64,000 bases of DNA, taken from contig JAZSMJ010000068.1 of assembly GCA_045535815.1 (NCBI GenBank), forward strand, positions 5,459-69,458, written 5' to 3'. Source of the stretch: Eubacteriales bacterium. GTDB taxonomy: Bacteria > Bacillota > Clostridia > Oscillospirales > CAG-272. The position numbers and the translations under genes were made by a program. This document shows, piece after piece, positions 1 through 8,506 of the stretch (the first letter of the stretch is position 1; each line of letters starts with the position of its first letter). The notes under the pieces are model-generated. The model had not been told where the DNA came from, did not search any database, and saw only the letters and a program-made list of their open reading frames with translations.

Positions 1-19
1 TTTTGTTCTTTCTCTTCAT
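1..19 (-). CDS. First ~6 codons of an unidentified gene that runs off the left edge
   Basis: CAT at 17-19 (ATG on the minus strand) is preceded by a GGAGGT RBS (acctcc at 26-31) with 6-nt spacing. Confidence 0.3.
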
Positions 20-127
20 GGTAATACCTCCGTAATGGTAAAGTCTGTGATCGTAATACTTGTCGAAACAAGCAAATAGCTTATCTTTATTATCTCATAT
101 ATATGCCGTATTGTCAAGATTAATTAA

Positions 128-159
128 GCTTTTGCAGGCTCAACCATTGGTTGCAAAAA
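128..159 (+). repeat. Copy A of a direct repeat. It is 31/32 identical to 6451-6482, and a weaker resemblance to copy B extends upstream to about 72.
   Basis: By eye, gcttttgcaggctcaacCattggttgcaaaaa matches gcttttgcaggctcaacTattggttgcaaaaa at 6451-6482. Confidence 0.8.
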
Positions 160-186
160 AAACAAGCGGTGCGGTATCGTTTTATA

Positions 187-233
187 AAAGAAAAAATATT
201 CCCTTGCGAAACACTTCAGGTATTTCGCAAGGG
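187..233 (-). terminator. Rho-independent terminator of the aldolase-sialidase gene
   Basis: Hairpin cccttgcgaaa...tttcgcaaggg at 201-233, followed on the minus strand by a U-rich run (A-rich 187-200 on plus). Confidence 0.7.
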
Positions 234-253
234 AAATCGGTATTCAGCTTTTA

Positions 254-2182
254 TTAATCGCCCGAAACGAAGAAGTTATCGGAATTTTTACTGCCCTCGC
301 CCTTTACGACAAGCTTCTTTATGAACGAATTCTTATCGGTAATGCTTCCGTTCATCATATCTTCCTCTGTAAAGCTTGCAAGGAATATCTCTTTATCGTC
401 AACCCTGTTGAAATCGTAGGTAACGAAAGCTCTTCCGCTTTCGTCGATATGGCCTGCCGGGTAGGAGGTCCATGCACGCTCGTCGAGAAGAAGCTTAGGC
501 TGCCACGTGCGGCACTCGTCCGTGGATATGAACGCCGTCATATTCGAGCGGATATTCGTGTCGTTGTTTGTGACGAGCAGATAATTTCCCGAGGGGAATC
601 TTGCCATATAGCTTCTTGATGAGCAGTGATCCATCAGCTTCTGCGGCTTGCTCCAGTCTCGGCCGAAGTTGAACGATTCGGTGTATGCGATATAATTATC
701 GCATCTGATTATCATATAAATGCTTCCGTCCGATCTCTGAACGATAGCGTTTTCATCAAACGTAGATCTTTCATCGAAGGTGCCGCCAACACGGGTAAGC
801 GGCTTATCGGGGCTCTCGGTTATATAGACGCTTGAATCGCCCCAGTTGGGATAATCGTGGATCTGTCCCTTCCATCTCTGCCAAATGCTTACCGGAAGCA
901 TTACTTTGCCGTCTGCGAGAGTTATCGGAGGGGTTGCCATAACTCCGCTGCAAAGTCTCTTGGGAGCGCTCCATTTAATGCAGTCTCCGTCAATGTCAAG
1001 CTTAATTGCCCAAACTCCGCCTCTGCCGTCCCACCAGTTGTAGGACTGCGCCCAGAAGTGCCATACCGTACCCGCATTGTCACACCACATTATCGGCTCG
1101 TGCATTCTTACCGAATCAATATGGTCGAGAATGCATACGGTCTGCCAGCTGTTACCGTTATCACGGCTTCTCATAATTACGTTGTAATTGTTCGGAGCCT
1201 CGTCTCCGCCAAAGTTGTCTCCGGAAAAAGCACACAGAAGACTGCCGTCAGATGCTCTGCAGGTGCTGGGAGCAGATTGCCATCTTCTGTTTTTGGTGTT
1301 GTAGCAGTCGGCTTCAGACGCTTCTGCTCCGAATATATTTGGGGGAAGCATCGAGCAGTTGACGTCAGGGGTAAGGTTTTCTTTCGTGAAGAATGTCTTA
1401 TTTTTGTAAAGAGAGGATGTGTTACAAGCTCTCTCAAGCTTCCTTCTTGTGTTGAGAGCCTCTTGCTGTATATAGCCTACGTCAACACCGGCAGATATCA
1501 TATCGATTCCCATATTGCTCCAATGCTCGAGCGTCGAAACTGCCGTATCTCCGATTGAAATACCGACATATTTTCCGTTTGCCTTGAGTCTGGAGACGGT
1601 ATCCTCAATAAGATGAGTAGTATTTTCACCGAATATGTTACAAAGCTCGTTTATCGAGCCTGAAAGATCCATCGGACCAAAAATATATCCGTCAATATAT
1701 TCATTCTTCATTATCTCGTCAAGCTCGGCGATGGCATCGGTATGCTCTATCTGAATGAATCTTAAAAGGTTATCTTTTGTATTCCTAACGTAAAACTCAA
1801 CGTCAGAGAAGCCGAAATCTATAGCGTTCATGGGACCGAAGCCTCTGTTTCCATACGGAGGATAGAGAGTAGAGGCTATTCTTTCGTTAGCCTGTTTTGC
1901 AGATCTTATCATAGGGAATATTATTCCGTCCGGCCCCATTTCAAGAACCTTTTTCGTATAGGTAAGATCGTCCTGCGGAACACGGACTATTACTGCAGTT
2001 CCGGTCGTTTTTATGGCGATGATGGCAGACATAAGGCTTTCAAGAGACAAATACGTATGCTCAAGGTCTACCCAGATATAATCGAATCCTGCAAGCCCGG
2101 ATATTCTTGCAGATGCGACATCATTCATATTTAAATGCGTTCCGATGATCTTTTCACCGTTTTTTATCTTTTCTTTTAACAT
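254..2182 (-). CDS. Fusion protein: N-terminal HpcH/HpaI-family (class II 2-keto-3-deoxy-acid) aldolase plus C-terminal sialidase-fold/BNR glycosidase-like domain
   Basis: 642-aa ORF with an AAGGAG RBS. The N-terminal ~250 aa carry HpcH/HpaI motifs (AGFDYIWVDLEH, VIVRVP, YPPYGNRGFG, FIQIEH, IDGYIFGPMDLS). The C-terminal ~370 aa have Asp-box-like motifs (SRDNGNSW, STDECRTW) and are paralogous to the N-terminus of 3143..5221. No signal peptide. Confidence 0.75.
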   Translation of the reverse strand: MLKEKIKNGEKIIGTHLNMNDVASARISGLAGFDYIWVDLEHTYLSLESLMSAIIAIKTTGTAVIVRVPQDDLTYTKKVLEMGPDGIIFPMIRSAKQANERIASTLYPPYGNRGFGPMNAIDFGFSDVEFYVRNTKDNLLRFIQIEHTDAIAELDEIMKNEYIDGYIFGPMDLSGSINELCNIFGENTTHLIEDTVSRLKANGKYVGISIGDTAVSTLEHWSNMGIDMISAGVDVGYIQQEALNTRRKLERACNTSSLYKNKTFFTKENLTPDVNCSMLPPNIFGAEASEADCYNTKNRRWQSAPSTCRASDGSLLCAFSGDNFGGDEAPNNYNVIMRSRDNGNSWQTVCILDHIDSVRMHEPIMWCDNAGTVWHFWAQSYNWWDGRGGVWAIKLDIDGDCIKWSAPKRLCSGVMATPPITLADGKVMLPVSIWQRWKGQIHDYPNWGDSSVYITESPDKPLTRVGGTFDERSTFDENAIVQRSDGSIYMIIRCDNYIAYTESFNFGRDWSKPQKLMDHCSSRSYMARFPSGNYLLVTNNDTNIRSNMTAFISTDECRTWQPKLLLDERAWTSYPAGHIDESGRAFVTYDFNRVDDKEIFLASFTEEDMMNGSITDKNSFIKKLVVKGEGSKNSDNFFVSGD

Positions 2183-2324
2183 TGCATCTTTGCTCCTTTT
2201 TTGTGGATAATTCTATTTTAAAATAACAAATAACGAAAGTAAATTGAATAATTGGCAAAAAACATTGCGTTTCTTGCTGTTATCTGTTATAATAACTTTG
2301 CAAAAAGTAAGGGTAGAGAGATTT

Positions 2325-3128
2325 ATGGCAAGAAATGTGAACTTTTCGTTTAACTCCTCATCGGTAGATTTCGTATATACCGTTGGCAAAAAAAACGTAT
2401 ATAGCGAAATGCAGCTTCATCCGTATTTTGAGCTGTACTTTTTTATCGGCGGAAGCGTAGAATACATAGACGGACATATCCAGCAAAAACTTTCTCCAAA
2501 CAGCCTCGTTGTGATTCAGCCGGGAAGCTATCACCGCTTTCACGTTCCGGGTAATATCGATATATACGAGCGCTGCGTGCTCAATATAAGGCATGACCTT
2601 TTGGAAGGAACCGACCTTGTATCTTTTCTTCGGCAAAGGAGGATACTTGAGCTGTCGGAAAATGACAGAATAACTCAGCATTTCAAATATCTCATATCGT
2701 GCATACCGAATACCGATGTGAAGGATTTTGAGGCAATACTGACCGCTGTAGCATCAGATATACTTTATCTGATAAAATACAGCAGGGAGGGTGAGCCTTC
2801 GGATAAGCCGTCAAGCATTTCCTCTCTTGCAGGGGATATAATGAGCTATATCGACCGAAATTATCAAAAGCAATTAAATCTTGAAGAGCTCTCGGTGACG
2901 TTTAACTATTCGGTATCGCATATAACTCACGTTTTTAAAGAGAAATTTGGTATCAGCATAAAAAATTATATTATACAAAGGCGTCTGAGCTCAGCTCAAT
3001 CGCAGATGCTTTTGGGTGTAAAGACTCAGCAGGCTGCGGCTGGTTGCGGCTTTTCCGATTACGCCTCGTTTTACAGAGCCTACAAAAAGGCATACGGGAG
3101 CTTGCCATCCGAATTGAAGAAGAAATAA
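2325..3128 (+). CDS. AraC-family transcriptional regulator (cupin sensor + HTH_AraC)
   Basis: The C-terminus carries an AraC HTH (LEELSVTFNYSVSHITHVFKEKFGISIKNYIIQRRL...GFSDYASFYRAYKKAYG). The N-terminus is cupin-like. The ATG at 2325 has a better RBS than the TTG at 2244. Confidence 0.85.
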   Translation: MARNVNFSFNSSSVDFVYTVGKKNVYSEMQLHPYFELYFFIGGSVEYIDGHIQQKLSPNSLVVIQPGSYHRFHVPGNIDIYERCVLNIRHDLLEGTDLVSFLRQRRILELSENDRITQHFKYLISCIPNTDVKDFEAILTAVASDILYLIKYSREGEPSDKPSSISSLAGDIMSYIDRNYQKQLNLEELSVTFNYSVSHITHVFKEKFGISIKNYIIQRRLSSAQSQMLLGVKTQQAAAGCGFSDYASFYRAYKKAYGSLPSELKKK

Positions 3129-3142
3129 GATCAAGGTGAAGA

Positions 3143-5221
3143 TCAAGCCTTGATTTTTTCTTTTACGGCAGCAAATATTTCACCTGACGTTATGGTGGCT
3201 GCACCCTCAAGCTCAATTTTTCCGTTGTTTTGGCATTGGCTTTCGGTTGCTGATACAGCGTTTCCGCATATACCGCCTGCACATATATGCTCTATGCAGC
3301 AAATGGATGATACGGTGCCGTTGTTTATGCAGGACTCCATGTGGGAATTTTCCGCAGTTCCTGCTATACCGCCAAGATGCGCAATATCGGCATTGCGTGA
3401 GCATATGCTTCCGTCATTTAGGTTATTTGTAAAACTGATTTTTCCTCCCTTTGCAAAACCGGCTATACCGCCTGCGTGTATGAAGTTGTTGCCTGCAGTA
3501 AACGGAGAATATATATTTGCACTGTTATGGCAATCAGTAACAGCAACGTTGCCGTCGGCTCTGCCAACTATACCTCCCAAAAATTCATATCCTATGACAG
3601 ACACGTCTTTTCCGACCGAGCACGAGCTGACAGTTATCTCATTCTCTCCGTTTGAGTCTGCCCAACCGATGAGCGCTGCGGTATTGTTTCTGCCTTTGAA
3701 ATATGCATTTTCAATATTTACGTTTTTTATTGAACCTGCAGTAACGTATCCGAACAGAGCACGAGTGTGAAGCTCGGGTGCTATCTGCGTAAAATTGGAT
3801 ATTGAGTAGCCTTTTCCGTCATAATGCCCCCTGAATGCTGCCACATTTGAGCCGTGTTGTAAAAAATATCCTATAGGCTGTATATTTGTGCCGCCAAAAT
3901 CTATATCTGCTCGCTGCTCTAAAAACATACCGTCAAACGATATACCTGATGATACGCTTTTAGCAACGTAGCTCAGATGCTGAGGCTTTTCTATCAGAAT
4001 AGGATCGTTCTTCGTGCCGGAGCCTATCGGCTTTTCTGTGTCGGGGAAGGCTGCGGGATGACCCTTTATGCCGGTTTTATCCTTGATTATAAATTTGGTA
4101 CCCGATCCTTCGGTTATAAATTCGCGAGCCAGAACGTCCTCCTCTTTAAATCTTGCAAAAAGTATTTCTGCAGCAACCGTGCGTTCTCTGTCATATTGTA
4201 CGAATACCGTCCCGTCGTCTGCTATCGCTATATCCGGATAAGAAACTCCTTCTCTCTCGTCGAGCATAAGCCCGCCCAGCCAACACTCACCGCCGTCCTT
4301 TGACACGAAAGCGCAAAGCTTGCATCTTGAAGAAGGGGCGGTATCAAAGCTTTCGCCGTGCTTTATGAGAAGTATATTTCCGGAAGGAAGCGTTCGTATC
4401 ATTGCAAGACTTCCAACATGCGGAAATGCTTCCTTCTCGGGAGTCCAGGTAATGCCCCAGTCGCTCGAATACGACTTCTTTATTGACTGACATCGGGAGT
4501 ACATCATAATGCGACCGTCGCAAAGCTCGACTATAGAGTGCTCGTTGAACTGACTGTCCTTGAAGGTTATACCGCCTCTTCTGTGCCAGGTTTCGCCCTG
4601 ATCGACCGAGGCATAAACGTGTGCCCCTCTTAAGCTGTCAAGGTCTGTATGGCATTTTTTTAATATTCTGCAAACGTGCCATCTTTCCCACACTGATACG
4701 GGCAGGAGCCATTCGCCCTTTGAAGTAACTATAGGCTTTTTTAAAGATGCTCCGATGCTTATATATTTAGGATCACTCCATATGGGCTCTTCTGCATCGG
4801 GGTTATCGCATATAATAGCGTAATTTGCTCCTTCTCCATCCCACATTCCGAAAGACTGCTGATAGAAAAGCCAAAGCCTTCCGAGAGGATCCTGCCAAAG
4901 ACATCCAATGTGTGTGTTCATAATAAAAGGATTATTATCGTTATGAGGATCGATTATCAGCTTGATATTATTCCAGCTTTCTCCTCTGTCATCACTGTAT
5001 GTTGCTATAAGATAAGCTCCGGATCCGTCTTCTCCGCCTATCCAGCAGCTCCACAGTCTTCCTTTTTTTGTTATTTCAATGCTTGCCTGCATTGCGAAAT
5101 ACTTATAATTCTGAAAATACTCCACTGACGGCGAAAGCTTTATCTGCGCAGGCTTTTTTATTAGCGCCAAAGCCTCGTTTGAATATATTTTATCGGTTGT
5201 GCATTTTTTTTCAATGATCAT
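3143..5221 (-). CDS. Sialidase-fold/BNR glycosidase-like protein with C-terminal GLUG-motif repeats
   Basis: The N-terminal ~380 aa have Asp-box motifs (YSDDRGESW, SVDQGETW, SSDWGITW, SKDGGECW). The C-terminal ~250 aa have GGIVG/GGIAG/GGIAG/GGICG repeats roughly every 25-30 aa (GLUG type). ATG at 5219-5221 lies 9 nt after a GGAGAGG RBS. No signal peptide. Confidence 0.75.
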   Translation of the reverse strand: MIIEKKCTTDKIYSNEALALIKKPAQIKLSPSVEYFQNYKYFAMQASIEITKKGRLWSCWIGGEDGSGAYLIATYSDDRGESWNNIKLIIDPHNDNNPFIMNTHIGCLWQDPLGRLWLFYQQSFGMWDGEGANYAIICDNPDAEEPIWSDPKYISIGASLKKPIVTSKGEWLLPVSVWERWHVCRILKKCHTDLDSLRGAHVYASVDQGETWHRRGGITFKDSQFNEHSIVELCDGRIMMYSRCQSIKKSYSSDWGITWTPEKEAFPHVGSLAMIRTLPSGNILLIKHGESFDTAPSSRCKLCAFVSKDGGECWLGGLMLDEREGVSYPDIAIADDGTVFVQYDRERTVAAEILFARFKEEDVLAREFITEGSGTKFIIKDKTGIKGHPAAFPDTEKPIGSGTKNDPILIEKPQHLSYVAKSVSSGISFDGMFLEQRADIDFGGTNIQPIGYFLQHGSNVAAFRGHYDGKGYSISNFTQIAPELHTRALFGYVTAGSIKNVNIENAYFKGRNNTAALIGWADSNGENEITVSSCSVGKDVSVIGYEFLGGIVGRADGNVAVTDCHNSANIYSPFTAGNNFIHAGGIAGFAKGGKISFTNNLNDGSICSRNADIAHLGGIAGTAENSHMESCINNGTVSSICCIEHICAGGICGNAVSATESQCQNNGKIELEGAATITSGEIFAAVKEKIKA

Positions 5222-5385
5222 AGTCAATAACCTCTCCTTTGTTCAAAATCTGTACCGTATTTTCAGTATATCACCTGCTTGAGAGTCAGTCAATTTCAAG
5301 AGAGTGTACTTAATTGGTATTTTTTTGCGAAAAAGGTTGAGAAAATTATACTTTTGTGTTATAATCTGTGTGGAGGTGTTAAACG

Positions 5386-6390
5386 GTGTTTGATACCAAT
5401 AAAAATATAAATCGATACGGAGATATGCTTTTTGATCTATCCGATCCTGAGACCCGAGAAGGGCTCATATCAGCCGCAAAAGCTATTTCGCATCCTCTGA
5501 GGATCGAAATGCTTAATCAGATAATAAGAATGCCAAGATCTATAACCGATCTTTCAAAGCTTAATCACGTAAGCAATTCGACCGTTATTTTTCATTTGAA
5601 TATTCTTGAGGAAAGCGGGCTTGTTTTCAGCAAGGTTAAACCGAATAAAAAAGGGAAAACCCTGATGTTTTATATAAATTTCTCACATATGAGCTTTGTG
5701 CTGGAAAACAACAAGTCGAATGATTCGGTAACCGTATCTGAGCAAAGCATGGGCGTGGGAAACTATATATCCGCATCTGTTGACGAATATATCAGAATAG
5801 CAACACAAAGCAGATTTACCGTTTTTGAAAAAGATGATATGTATAATCCCGAAAGATTTGATGCAGGGCTCATCTGTATTGATAACGGAGAGATATCCTA
5901 TGCTTTTTCCAATGCCTTTGCCAAGAAAAATAAAGTTGATAAAATAGAATTTTCAATGGAATTATCCTCAGAATCTCCTTATTACTGCAACGATTGGAAG
6001 AGTGAAATATTTTTTTCGGTCTGCGGTGTGGAGGTAGCCTCATATCTTTCGTTGGGAGATTTCGGAGGAGAACGCGGAAAGCTGAATCCGTCGTGGTGGG
6101 ACAGTAAGTATTCGCAGTACGGAGTGCTTACAACGGTCGGCGTCGATGAGGAGGGGGTAACCCTTAACGGAAGAAGGGTCCGTTCGGATCTGACTTTGTC
6201 AGATATAGATCTGTCCGAAGGCGATTATATAACCCTTTCATTAAGGACCGATCCTAAATCTCAGTATGCAAGCGGCTTTAATATATACGGCAGATATTTT
6301 GGAAATGAAAAGCAGGATATTCTGATGAAATTTATATCGTATGATAGATGTAAAAACAAGCTTGCCTCAACGGAGAAGGAAAATGAATGA
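5386..6390 (+). CDS. ArsR-type winged-helix regulator with a large uncharacterised C-terminal domain
   Basis: The N-terminus ISHPLRIEMLNQIIRMPRSITDLSKLNHVSNSTVIFHLNILEESGLV is an ArsR-like HTH. About 230 aa of unassigned C-terminal domain follow. GTG start follows a GGAGGTG RBS. Confidence 0.65.
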   Translation: MFDTNKNINRYGDMLFDLSDPETREGLISAAKAISHPLRIEMLNQIIRMPRSITDLSKLNHVSNSTVIFHLNILEESGLVFSKVKPNKKGKTLMFYINFSHMSFVLENNKSNDSVTVSEQSMGVGNYISASVDEYIRIATQSRFTVFEKDDMYNPERFDAGLICIDNGEISYAFSNAFAKKNKVDKIEFSMELSSESPYYCNDWKSEIFFSVCGVEVASYLSLGDFGGERGKLNPSWWDSKYSQYGVLTTVGVDEEGVTLNGRRVRSDLTLSDIDLSEGDYITLSLRTDPKSQYASGFNIYGRYFGNEKQDILMKFISYDRCKNKLASTEKENE

Positions 6391-6482
6391 CTGTAAATTG
6401 AAAAATAGATATTCGCCTCTTCTGCTTCTGATAGCCGTTATTACAGCGCTGCTTTTGCAGGCTCAACTATTGGTTGCAAAAA
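6382..6482 (+). repeat. Copy B: non-functional remnant of the 5' end (start codon + signal sequence) of the VanY-type lipoprotein gene, fused to the copy-A tail
   Basis: 6395-6461 is about 90% identical to 11636-11702. 6451-6482 is 31/32 identical to 128-159. It reads as a 39-codon ORF (6383-6502, MNDCKLKNRYSPLLLLIAVITALLLQAQ...) that lacks the lipobox Cys. Confidence 0.8.
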
Positions 6483-6525
6483 TCCCCATCGGAAGACATT
6501 AAACGCACTTCCGATGGGGATTTTA
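6476..6525. terminator. Bidirectional rho-independent terminator
   Basis: 14-bp stem atccccatcggaag/cttccgatggggat, flanked by an A-run and a T-run. Confidence 0.75.
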
Positions 6526-6529
6526 GGTA

Positions 6530-7438
6530 TCAGAGTTGTTTTGACGACCTTTTATTTACGGCCGATATGCCTATGCTGACCAGCACGAGCGAGAGAGCAT
6601 ATTGCCAGGTAAATATATTTTCCGAGAGAAAGATTCCCGAGAGGATAGTTCCGGAAATCGGTATGACAAAGGCAAAAACGCTGACCGTGCCAAGCGGATA
6701 GCTTTTTAAAAGATAGCTCCACAGAGTAAATCCGACAGAGGATACCATAACAAGATACAAGAGCACCAAAATGCCCTGAATCGAAACCGTAAAAGGCTCC
6801 TTTGTACCTATAGCTCCGACGGCTATAAGAAGCGCACCGCCTATCAGAAGATTGTATCCGCTGACGTTATAGCAGGAGCTTTTTGCAGTTGCCTTTTTGT
6901 TTATAATTGAGCCTATAACGAAGAATAACGAGGCGAAGCAGATGAAGCCCTCTCCAAGAAAGGAAACTACGTTCACATTGCCGTTTGCAAAGCAGGCGAT
7001 TACTACACCTGCAAAGCCGATAATGCTGCCAATCAGCTTTCCCGGGCTCATTTTGTCGTTTTTATAAATGAAATGAGAGATTATCACCGACATAAACACA
7101 GACGTCGAGGATACTACAGATCCAGATGCTCCCGTGGTGTTTGAAAGACCTACGTAGAAGAATATATACTGCAAAAAGGTGTAGGTTATGGCAAGCAGAA
7201 GAATATTCCTTCCGTTTCCCTTCGGTATGCGCGGAAGACTGCGACACCGTATCGCTTCAAATAAAAGAACCACGATGCCCGATATGAAAAATCTTATTCC
7301 GGCAAAGAGAATCTTCTGAAAAACGCTCTCACCTATTCCGAAAAGCTGATAACCTATCTTTATCGCAGGAAAGGCGCTTCCGAAAAGAATATTGCAGAAA
7401 ACCGCGTAAAGTATAGCTTTTGCGTCGAGGATTTTCAT
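6530..7438 (-). CDS. EamA/DMT-family transporter
   Basis: Multi-TM protein of about 300 aa with two EamA-like halves. Its ATG overlaps the upstream stop codon (ATGA at 7435-7438), which suggests translational coupling. Confidence 0.8.
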   Translation of the reverse strand: MKILDAKAILYAVFCNILFGSAFPAIKIGYQLFGIGESVFQKILFAGIRFFISGIVVLLFEAIRCRSLPRIPKGNGRNILLLAITYTFLQYIFFYVGLSNTTGASGSVVSSTSVFMSVIISHFIYKNDKMSPGKLIGSIIGFAGVVIACFANGNVNVVSFLGEGFICFASLFFVIGSIINKKATAKSSCYNVSGYNLLIGGALLIAVGAIGTKEPFTVSIQGILVLLYLVMVSSVGFTLWSYLLKSYPLGTVSVFAFVIPISGTILSGIFLSENIFTWQYALSLVLVSIGISAVNKRSSKQL

Positions 7439-8487
7439 TCGGATACACTCTTGCAAATGCTTTCTACAGGCAGTATAGCAAGCTCGCAGTCCTCTTTGTT
7501 CTTGGCATATACGACATAAAGAAAGCCGCCGTCCTCATATGCATAGGGATAGCACCATTCGTTTGCAAGCCAATATTTTGGCGGAGCATCAAAGCCGTGT
7601 CGGATAAGATACGATTTTTCAAAGCTTCCGTTTTTACCTACCGCAATGCAGAGCGTATCTCTGTGATTTTCCTTCTTGGTGCTGTATACGAGATAGTCTA
7701 TGCCGTTTGACAGACTGCCGGCATACATTTTACTTGGTGTAATAGGGAAGTTGGTCATTTCAAGAGGAGTCCAGCTCGTTCCGAAATCGCTGCTGCGGCT
7801 GATAAGTGCACAACCTATTTCGTCAGAGCTGCGGATTATGGCGAGTAATTCTTTGCCACAGCTTAAAACGGTCGTCTCTCCCCATATTGCAAGTCCCTGA
7901 GGATTGGGAATGATCTTCATCTCCCATTTTGTGATGTCCTCTCCGTCGCATACTGCAACTGCTGCCTGTGCATCGAGAGTCTTTAGGCCTGCCATTATAA
8001 TAGTGCCGTTATCTGCCTTAAAGGGCTCGCAAAGCGGCCAGAAATCAGCATCAAGAACTACCCCGAGAGGAGTGTATGAGCCGTTTTCTTCAAGACGGTA
8101 CCCCTCCGTTACAAGATCGGGATAACCGGGGCCGTGACCGTATCTTGCCTTGGGGCAAAATGCGTAAAGAGTGCCGCCGTTCTCAAAATAAACCCCGTGA
8201 CTTCTGCCCCAGCCATCCGTCTTATCGGATATGCGCTTGTAATCTCCCCATGAAATGCCGTCATAAGAGCATTTTTCGGCAAGTATGGTATTGTCATCGT
8301 TTTCAAATCGGTATGAGTTGGCAAAGGAGATTCGAAGAAGTCCGTTATGCTTAACTATTGCGGCCCCCAAAAGGAACTGATAGTCACCGTCTATAGCGGT
8401 GTGAACCTCTATATGTCTTATTCCTTCTATATTTGACAGCTCTCCGAAGGCAGGAAAAGAGCTTTTTCCATTCCATAAGTTATACAT
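7435..8487 (-). CDS. Sialidase-fold/BNR protein (standalone catalytic-type domain, second paralog type)
   Basis: 350 aa with Asp-box SSDFGTSW. It aligns along its whole length with residues ~215-560 of 8507..10726 (HFLLGA.I.KH.G.L, FWPLCEP, VWGET, VVYAKNKEDCELAI). No signal peptide. Confidence 0.7.
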   Translation of the reverse strand: MYNLWNGKSSFPAFGELSNIEGIRHIEVHTAIDGDYQFLLGAAIVKHNGLLRISFANSYRFENDDNTILAEKCSYDGISWGDYKRISDKTDGWGRSHGVYFENGGTLYAFCPKARYGHGPGYPDLVTEGYRLEENGSYTPLGVVLDADFWPLCEPFKADNGTIIMAGLKTLDAQAAVAVCDGEDITKWEMKIIPNPQGLAIWGETTVLSCGKELLAIIRSSDEIGCALISRSSDFGTSWTPLEMTNFPITPSKMYAGSLSNGIDYLVYSTKKENHRDTLCIAVGKNGSFEKSYLIRHGFDAPPKYWLANEWCYPYAYEDGGFLYVVYAKNKEDCELAILPVESICKSVSE

Positions 8488-8506
8488 AATATTCGGCCTT
8501 TCTTTT

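Noticed and set aside
60-257. 65-aa ORF at the left end.
   Set aside because: It spans the degraded signal-sequence repeat (copy A) and the terminator hairpin of the convergent gene. It has no RBS. It is most likely non-coding.
857-1558. Long antisense or out-of-frame ORFs overlapping confident genes. Examples: 857..1558(+), 11975..12598(-), 13397..13969(-), 27263..28000(-), 28067..28648(-), 44725..45291(+), 51278..52063(+), 52295..53185(+), 59728..60297(+), 62185..63279(-).
   Set aside because: Each lies entirely within a gene that has strong family-level motifs on the other strand or frame. Their translations are low-complexity or Cys/Arg-rich with no recognisable domains. They are shadow ORFs.
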